Part shown: positions 56,506 to 64,000 of the stretch, piece by piece | How the letters are laid out: each line of letters starts with the position of its first letter | Numbering within the stretch: the first letter of the stretch is position 1 | Origin: Neoechinorhynchus agilis | Taxonomy: Eukaryota > Animalia > Acanthocephala | Direction of reading: 5' to 3' | Assembly: GCA_051530055.1 (NCBI GenBank) | Contig: CM121342.1 | Span: 5,455,489 to 5,519,488 of the forward strand | DNA length: 64,000 nucleotides | Position numbers and translations under genes: made by a program | The notes under the pieces: generated by a model | What the model was told of the DNA's origin: nothing | Databases searched by the model: none | Seen by the model: only the letters and a program-made list of their open reading frames with translations

Positions 56506-58800
56506 CTATTTATCCCAAGTTGGTGGGCGTCCTAAAACAACGGGAAAACAAAGTCCACAGTCTTTCCAACTGCTTTCGCTGAAGTATTTCTCAAAATGAG
56601 TTTCTTGTTGAAGACAAAAGTTGTGAAGGTTTTTTCCGAGCAGAAGTAAACGTTTGATTGCTTGACTGAAACACGACTCATCAAATCGGTGCCAGTTGAT
56701 TTGAATGTCTGGTTGGTTTGGACATGAGAGACTGGCTGAAGTTCCTGTCACGGTCAGTTTATGGCCGGACTTGTATAAGACCTCAAAATCAGGAGAAGAT
56801 TCAAATAGAACACACTTGGCTTCATCGGTGAAAAGTTTGATTTTTTGTGTTCGAGACCTAATTCGATTGACAAATTTGGAAGCCATTTTGTATTGCTTCC
56901 AATTGGACGAAGGGAGAGTCTGCCGTGAGTATTCGAGATAAGTAAGAGCGGATGAATTATCACTTGACAACATCAGCATGTTTGGGTTGTAAACTTTTAT
57001 CTAACCATAGATGTCATTCATAATCTAGCAAAAAAGAAGACTAACTTTCTCCCCATCGGGTGATATTCGCATAACGCCTGTAATAGCGATTTGATCGTCA
57101 TCTGATCCTTCAACCAGGAATTCCATAACGATTTCTCCAGCTTTATTGAGAGTCATCTATTAGAAAAATGCAAAAGTCTTCGAAAACTGACTAAAATTCG
57201 AACCATAACGTTATTAATTCTTACTCTTATTGGTCTTAGGCGTCGAGTGTTTGGCATACACTCTAAACCATCACGAGTTTGGCTCGTTGAGCTCATTAGA
57301 CTAAAAATGAAATAAAAGGATAAAATTGTTAAAAGCACTTACCTCATATTGGACAAATAAAGTGAATTGATTTCAGAACATGACGAATAATGGTCGCAAC
57401 ATTTGTTTTGATGTGAGCAAAGAGATCCTTCGGTGCTTCTAACGATACCACTGTCGCTTTTATTCGAAGACATTCGGGGAAATATTGATTTGGATCGTAG
57501 GAACGGGTGCCGTAAAATTTCTTTTTGAGTGCTAAAAGTGTTATTAACCAAAAAACGGGGATTAAACGACTTACCGTCCACACGAATGCGGTCATTAGGA
57601 CCAATTCGCAACATTTGACCGATCAATTCACACGCAAGTGGATACCGAAGGACAGTCTCGTTTGAAAAAGAGAATTTCCCACTTGCAACTCGATTCATTG
57701 TAGCCGCACAATCTATTAAAAAGAGTCCATTTTGCAATCGGACGATAAAGCAGCGCTAACTGTCTCCTTCAAATGGAGGTTTTCCCGTAATCAGGGCATA
57801 AAGGACACAACCTAATGACCAAATATCTCCATAGAGCCCCTGTTCATGCCTTCCCATCATATTCTCACTGTGTGAGAGAAAGTCTTAAGCCAATGATACG
57901 AAAATAACTTACGGTGCGATAAAGTTCGGAGTACCACAAAGTGTTTGTTCAACCGGACGACCACTGATAAGTTCGTCTTCACGATCCGAGGCATCTTCAG
58001 AGTTGTTGGCGAGTGATTTTGCCAATCCGAAATCGCTTAGTTTCTCAAAAAAAAATTAAAGTGAAAAAATGATTTTGCCTTTCTTTAACACAAAATCTCA
58101 GTTGTTGTTTTGTTTTGGATTGGAAAAAACACTTACTACGATCAGTTCGTCCGATTTAGAGGTTGAAAGAAGTAGATTCCCAAGAGAAACATCTCGATGA
58201 GTGATCAGAGCATTGTGTAGATATTGTACAGCCGATGCACTTTGAAAGAAAATCGATTTAACTGCCATTGGGACGATGAAAGGAAATTAAAAGAAAAAGA
58301 AGAAGACCTTGACTTGGACCAAGTGGATGATTTCGTCTGATGAATTCGCCAAGTGTTCCGATTTCACAACATTCGAGCACTAAATAAACGCAATTTCTAT
58401 CCTCAAAGAAATCCAAAAGCTAACAGAAATCAAAGGTTAACGCCAATCGAAAAAAAAGAAGCTTACTTTAACGATATTTTTATGCTCCAAATTCTGCTGG
58501 ATCTGAACTTCTTGTCTTAAACGTCTTACATGTCCTCTACTCGTAAGACGACTCTTGTCAACCTTTTAAAGGAGATTCTTAAAAAGAAACCCACTTCATA
58601 TAACTCACTGTTTTTATGGCTACTCGAACTCCTGAGCCATTCTGCATGAGATAAACCCTTGCGAATCCACCTTTACCGAGCTCCGGATTCGTCGCGAATG
58701 CAACCGTTTTGTAGCCCTAAATATTTTCTAGCAAATCAAAATCGAACTTTTATACCTTTGACAAAAGAGTACTGAGTATGAACGACGGAATCGAAGACAT
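56506..58800 (-). CDS. PLK4: Polo-like kinase 4 (SAK); multi-exon
   Basis: [50 protein letters not shown]1 RRLRPIR, and PB2 [20 protein letters not shown]...AKCVLFE..PDFEV through [10 protein letters not shown]. Confidence 0.92.
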
Positions 58801-59018
58801 CTTGACATCGATTTATTTTGTGAAAAAAGCCGATAATCCTCAAACACCCATTCGAAATCGGCAAAAAAATGATGTAATAATCGTCTGGAAAGAACAATCG
58901 AATGACCAATGACGTCACAAAAGAGTAAAGCCCACTCAAAAATAAAAACTCTACATATTTACAAATTTGAGATGTTCTAATCGTTTTATAGGGATTTTGA
59001 AATTATGATTTCCTTCTT

Positions 59019-61290
59019 AAGTCTTTTAAACTCATTGAAGACTCTTTTTAAGTGTTTAGAACGTTTGATTGTTCAGGTCTCTAAAAATTAAGACTTGTAA
59101 ACGCCGAATCCTGACTATGGCAAAGAACGAAAAACTCATGGTTTTTTTTTCAATTGACCGTACGCCAAACTCATTATAAATTCATTTAAGAATCTAGAGA
59201 AAACCTCAATCTTTTGTATCGGCCAAAAAAATGCGATCACGACATTTTCTAAATGTTTAGAACGTTTGATTGTTCAGGTCTCGAAAAATTAAGACTTGTA
59301 AACGCCGAATCCGGACTATGGCAAAGAACGAAAAACTCATGGCTTTTTTTCCAATGACCGTACGCCAAACTCAATGGAAATTCATTTAAGAATCTAGAGA
59401 AAACCTCAATTTTTTGTATCGGCCCACAAAAAATGCGATCACCACATTTTCTAAATTGTTTAGAACGTTTGATTGTTCAGGTCTCTAAAAATTAAGACTT
59501 GTAAACGCCGAATCCGAACTATGGCAAAGAACGAAAAACTCATGGCTTTTTTTCCAATGACCGTACGCCAAACTCAATAGAAATTCATTTAAGAATCTAG
59601 AGAAAACCTCAATCTTTTGTATCGGCCCAAAAAATGCGATCACCACATTTTCTAAATGTTTAGAACGTTTGATTGTTCAGGTCTCTAAAAATTAAGACTT
59701 GTAAACGCCGAATCCGAACTATGGCAAAGAACGAAAAACTCATGGTTTTTTTCCAATGACCGTACGCCAAACTCAATAGAAATTCATTTAAGAATCTAGA
59801 GAAAACCTCAATCTTTTGTATCGGCCAAAAAAATGCGATCACTACATTTTATAAAAGTCTTTTAAACTCATTGAAGACTCTTTTTAAGTGTTTAGAACGT
59901 TTGATTGTTCAGGTCTCTAAAAATTAAGACTTGTAAACGCCGAATCCGAACTATGGCAAAGAACGAAAAACTCATGGCTTTTTTTCCAATGACCGTACGC
60001 CAAACTCAATGGAAATTCATTTAAGAATCTAGAGAAAACCTCAATCTTTTGTATCGGCCCACAAAATGCGATCACTACATTTTCTAAATGTTTAGAACGT
60101 TTGATTGTTCAGGTCTCTAAAAATTAAGACTTGTAAACGCCGAATCCGAACTATGGCAAAGAACGAAAAACTCATGGTTTTTTTCCAATGACCGTACGCC
60201 AAACTCAATAGAAATTCATTTAAGAATCAGAAAACCTCAATCTTTTGTATCGGCCCAAAAAATGCGATCACTACATTTTATAAAAGTCTTTTAAACTCAT
60301 TGAAGACTCTTTTTAAGTGTTTAGAACGTTTGATTGTTCAGGTCTCGAAAAATTAAGACTTGTAAACGCCGAATCCGAACTATGGCAAAGAACGAAAAAC
60401 TCATGGCTTTTTTTCCAATGACCGTACGCCAAACTCAATAGAAATTCATTTAAGAATCTAGAGAAAACCTCAATCTTTTGTATCGGCCCAAAAAATGCGA
60501 TCACTACATTTTCTAAATGTTTAGAACGTTTGATTGTTCAGGTCTCTAAAAATTAAGACTTGTAAACGCCGAATCCGAACTATGGCAAAGAACGAAAAAC
60601 TCATGGGTTTTTTTCCAATGACCGTACGCCAAACTCAATAGAAATTCATTTAAGAATCTAGAGAAAACCTCAATCTTTTGTATCGGCCCAAAAAATGCGA
60701 TCACTACATTTTCTAAATGTTTAGAACGTTTGATTGTTCAGGTCTCGAAAAATTAAGACTTGTAAACGCCGAATCCGGACTATGGCAAAGAACGAAAAAC
60801 TCATGGTTTTTTTCCAATGACCGTACGCCAAACTCAATGGAAATTCATTTAAGAATCTAGAGAAAACCTCAATCTTTTGTATCGGCCAAAAAAATGCGAT
60901 CACTACATTTTATAAAAGTCTTTTAAACTCATTGAAGACTCTTTTTAAGTGTTTAGAACGTTTGATTGTTCAGGTCTCAAAAATTAAGACTTGTAAACGC
61001 CGAATCCGGACTATGGCAAAGAACGAAAAACTCATGGCTTTTTTTCCAATGACCGTACGCCAAACTCAATGGAAATTCATTTAAGAATCTAGTGAAAACC
61101 TCAATCTTTTGTATCGGCCCACAAAATGTGACTACCACATTTTCTAAATGTTTAGAACGTTTGATTGTTCAGGTCTCTAAAAATTAAGACTTGTAAACGC
61201 CGAATCCGAACTATGGCAAAGAACGAAAAACTCATGGCTTTTTTTCCAACGGCCGTACGCCAAACTCAATGGAAATTCATTTAAGAATCT
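59019..61290. repeat. About 200-bp satellite array, 11 units, some extended to about 230 bp
   Basis: GTTTAGAACGTTTGATTG recurs at 59054, 59255, 59458, 59658, 59890, 60090, 60319, 60519, 60719, 60951, 61150. Confidence 0.98.
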
Positions 61291-61586
61291 CGATCAAAAT
61301 CCTTCAAAAAAATAGTTCGCTGACGAAGCGGGAAGTTTCGAACTATCTCAATATTTTGATGTTTTGGAGATGTGTAAAGGTCCAAACAACCGCAAAACGC
61401 GCGACTCGGATTCGTATATTATTTGTCTATTATTTTGGCTAATGAGCTCGTTCAAACGAGAAGTGAGTCTCAAAACAGCTCGTTGGAGTAACATTAGACG
61501 TCGCGTTCTTCATCGAAAACAATCGACTGATCAGTCACGTCTCTCTCTCGCCCATACCAAATCATTCGTCTTGAATAGTCTCACAA

Positions 61587-62000
61587 ATGGTCGAAAAGTG
61601 CAAGTGCCCAATCTGCAAAGTAGCTGAGATTTGGCCTGAGATTCAAGCGCCCTGCTCTATCTACAAACCTATGAGCAATCTACTACGATCTGACCAACTA
61701 AATGTAGATGAAATGAATTTGTTACGCTTAGTCAGTGAGAAAAGCAGCGGAAATATGCCTAATGAACAGCGACGTAGCAACGGAATGGAGCTTGCTGTTC
61801 GTTATTCCAAGGATGATTTATCATTATTACCCGCTTTTAATGACAATTGTAACGATCACTTTGAAGATTTTCAAAGTAAACGAAAACGTCGAAAGGTGGA
61901 TCCTAAAACCAATCTCTTACCACAAGAAGTATTAGCATCTCCACTCTTAAAACGAATGGCCGTTCTTGCTCTACTTGTGAAGCAGAACGAAGATAATTAG
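61587..62000 (+). CDS. Hypothetical protein, 137 aa; possibly a terminal exon
   Basis: ATG-started ORF with protein-like composition, N-terminal CKCPIC and an NLS-like KRKRRK. No family recognised. Confidence 0.5.
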   Translation: MVEKCKCPICKVAEIWPEIQAPCSIYKPMSNLLRSDQLNVDEMNLLRLVSEKSSGNMPNEQRRSNGMELAVRYSKDDLSLLPAFNDNCNDHFEDFQSKRKRRKVDPKTNLLPQEVLASPLLKRMAVLALLVKQNEDN

Positions 62001-62194
62001 AGAGCACTCGGGGAGCAATAGTTTTTTTAATCTTGCAATAAACCGATCTCTGGTTTGAAGAGTCCTACCCTTTTCAGTGAATTTTTCTCCATTATTAAAT
62101 GTCATATAATTTCCCAATGATTGTCTTCTGAAATTATGTCTTCGAAATCAATCGGATTCTGCAAAAAAACCAATTCAATGTTCAAACCATCTCA

Positions 62195-62715
62195 TTTCCT
62201 CGCTCTCCACCCTACAAATCTTTTGAGCTAGTCCCCCACATTTCCAAACGCAATCTTATCCCCGCGCCTCTCCCTCTCAACATCCAACGCTCTTCTTCTC
62301 TCCGAATACTGGGCCTGATTTTCCACGAAAACCTTAAATGGGATGTCCTCATTTACACTCTCTAAAGCAAACCCTCGTCTTTAGCTTCTCAAACTCCTCC
62401 GGCGTCTCGGGGTATCCCCTAAACACCTTGAGCACTTTTATCTTTCTGCCATCCTTTCTATCCTTACGCTTTCCCCACTTTCCACTCCGTCAATGCTCTC
62501 CATTCCCTCGAAACCTTCCACAAGAGAGCGAGAATATTCGGGACTTCACTCCCTCCCCTCGACGCCCAGCACTCCATTTTCTCCGAAAACGCCCTCGGTC
62601 AACCCCCTCCACAACTTTTTTCATCCTCCCCTCGCTCGTGCCACCCTCTACCAAGAATCTTTCTTCCCCCAAGCCCAATATTTCCTTAATAACCGGAGAA
62701 CAAGGAAAGACTCCT
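62195..62715 (+). mobile_element. Decayed 3' fragment of a CR1/L2-group (L2/Crack/Rex-like) LINE reverse-transcriptase ORF
   Basis: Across frameshifts and stops: SFELV..ISKR...PLPLNIQR, LRILGLIFHENLKW, KANPRL*LLKLLRRLGVSPKHLEHFYLSAILSILT, LETFHKRARI and QESFFPQAQYFLN, matching the post-RT consensus of this group. Confidence 0.8.
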
Positions 62716-62889
62716 AATCGGTCATCTCCTGTAAAACTCCTTCAAAGACCAGTCCCACCTCCCTTGCCTTCAACATCCGTCATCCGGACACCTTTAAGCA
62801 AAGATAGATGCTGGCAAGTGTGTGGATCGTTCTTTTCTTAAATTAATAAAACGTGTTTATATTATATAAACACTTATAAAAACGTTCAT

Positions 62890-63297
62890 CTAGCAGAATT
62901 TATCGATCACCAAACACGCAAATTCATCCTCAGACACTTCGGAATCCTCGATACGGCATTTCTGGTTCCATACGAAATTAAAGTTAGCTTTAATCAGTTC
63001 AATAGCTAACAAATGCTGACACAGCGGCTTAGATACCTTTCCCTTAGCGATCTGGGCATAGTCCTCACAAGTGCACATCCGACCACTTTGATCGTTCCAT
63101 ATACACGAATCATCATGTGTTTTAAAATTTAAATCATGCCATTCGTTCAAAACCAAATTGCTTGATTTACTCTTCAATCTTTTTAACAGTTTATTACGAT
63201 CTCGGCAAAGTTTTGCAGCTTGGTTCACGGTTTCACCTCCGTAGACTCTGTTCAATTGCGCTTCTCTCTCTCGGAGAGTGAGAGGCACAGTCTTCAA
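62890..63297 (-). CDS. ZSWIM7: SWIM zinc-finger protein, ZSWIM7/SWS1-like; 5' end unresolved
   Basis: CTCEDY...LCQHLLA (C-x-C...C-x-H) in a 135-aa frame. QLNRVYG and EVSEDEFACLV parallel ZSWIM7 LKFLFG and VSDKQLTDIL (recalled). Confidence 0.7.
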   Translation of the reverse strand: MKTVPLTLREREAQLNRVYGGETVNQAAKLCRDRNKLLKRLKSKSSNLVLNEWHDLNFKTHDDSCIWNDQSGRMCTCEDYAQIAKGKVSKPLCQHLLAIELIKANFNFVWNQKCRIEDSEVSEDEFACLVIDKFC

Positions 63298-63917
63298 TAC
63301 ATGACCATTAGACGCTCGGTCTCATTGCCGAGTCCCGGTGGATTACTGCTTTGTGTGGAAAAAATGATCTTTTCTAATCCAAGTCCCATAAATACGCTAC
63401 ATTTCCTCGGTCCTAACTCTGTATTATCGTCCATCAATGCGACTTCTCTGAAAATTTGGAATACAGAAAAAAATCAATGTGTGGTAAGGAACAGTCATTT
63501 TATCAATTCAATCGGTTTTTTAAAAACGGCCTAAATAACAGCATAATCCTAAAAGTCTTATCATACATTACGATCTCGTTTTCTATGCCTTTTACGGCGA
63601 ATCAGGTCCCTCTCCTATTGTTCCATAATGCCCAATCTTTTCTAGGATATCTTTACTCGAAATGAACCTGAAGTAAGACCAGCGTCCCGACCGCCAAATC
63701 CCTCTCAAACGGACTTTTCCCGACAAGATCTTCTCACTCAAACAATCAACATCCGCATTCTTTGAACAAATCTCTAATGAAGAAGACCCAAAAGAAGTAT
63801 GGGTAATATCCTTTTTGGATTAAGAACAAATAAACGTGTTTTTAACACGAACTAAAGAACAATATATCCTTTGCTTCGAATCTCCTTTTTTGGTTTTAAA
63901 AATAGATACTTGGCCGG

Positions 63918-64000
63918 CCTAAGAATAATCAATTCAAAAATGGGCATATTTCATAGTTTATGTTTCGCGAGCTGGTTACATTTTTTGCGCAGTGGTTCAA
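63918..64000. repeat. Start of a second copy or array of the 243-bp family, truncated by the window end
   Basis: AATCAATTCAAAAATGGGCATATTTC.TAGTTTATGTTTCGCGAGCTGGTTACATTTTTTGCGC.GTGGTTCAA matches 6445-6510 and the terminal variant at 7407-7467. Confidence 0.93.

Noticed and set aside
53530-58800. Functional link between adjacent PICH and polo-like kinase genes
   Set aside because: PICH's known partner is PLK1, and this kinase has PLK4-type polo boxes; adjacency alone is not evidence.
4419-61290. CRISPR interpretation of the regular repeat arrays
   Set aside because: Units repeat in full with no unique spacers, no cas genes are present, and the context is a spliceosomal-intron eukaryote.
12729-61290. 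CGAATCC shared by the 64-, 200- and 226-bp units as a common satellite box
   Set aside because: A shared 7-9-mer among some of nine arrays is roughly expected by chance; it needs a formal motif test.
62338-62841. 167-aa Pro/Ser-rich ORF and pyrimidine-skewed tract
   Set aside because: Explained by the decayed LINE fragment in other frames.
63662-63805. Possible first exons of a plus-strand gene (ATGAACCTGAA|GTAAG...)
   Set aside because: Too short, no homology, and it runs into a repeat at the window edge.

Overview
Gene-dense, AT-rich eukaryotic nuclear DNA, inferred to be from a compact invertebrate animal genome (LASP, Slo1, SLC17, ShKT, SMIM30-like, nicotinamidase; GT-AG introns mostly 30-60 nt; many intronless genes). 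The taxon cannot be identified from this window. About 20 protein-coding genes are supported: NDUFV2, PEBP, TPK1, nicotinamidase, SMIM30-like, ShKT protein, two Tudor paralogs, RPL31, ZDHHC2/15/20-like, bHLH, LASP, SLC17, an aromatic amino acid hydroxylase, a LamG protein, a thioredoxin-like/BAF fusion, Slo1, LST8, ERCC6L, PLK4 and ZSWIM7. They are interleaved with nine mostly unrelated tandem-repeat arrays (units 64-243 bp), three non-LTR retrotransposon relics and several long hairpins. No CRISPR array, rRNA or canonical tRNA was found. Best leads: (1) a 226-bp satellite whose minus strand has a perfect Pol III B-box in a 72-nt tRNA-like fold followed by hammerhead-like core pieces, bracketed by a 21-bp inverted repeat; (2) one ORF fusing a CxxC-less thioredoxin fold to a BAF domain; (3) a hydroxylase with its iron ligands intact but cofactor/substrate residues lost; (4) a SMIM30-like micropeptide starting 1 nt after the nicotinamidase stop, within a wider operon/trans-splicing-like layout; (5) two abutting halves of one retroelement type 12 kb apart in opposite orientation, suggesting an inversion; (6) a recent Tudor duplication that lost one Tudor domain in frame; (7) PLK4 without polo box 3. 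All homology calls come from remembered family motifs, not database searches. Exon boundaries were read by eye.
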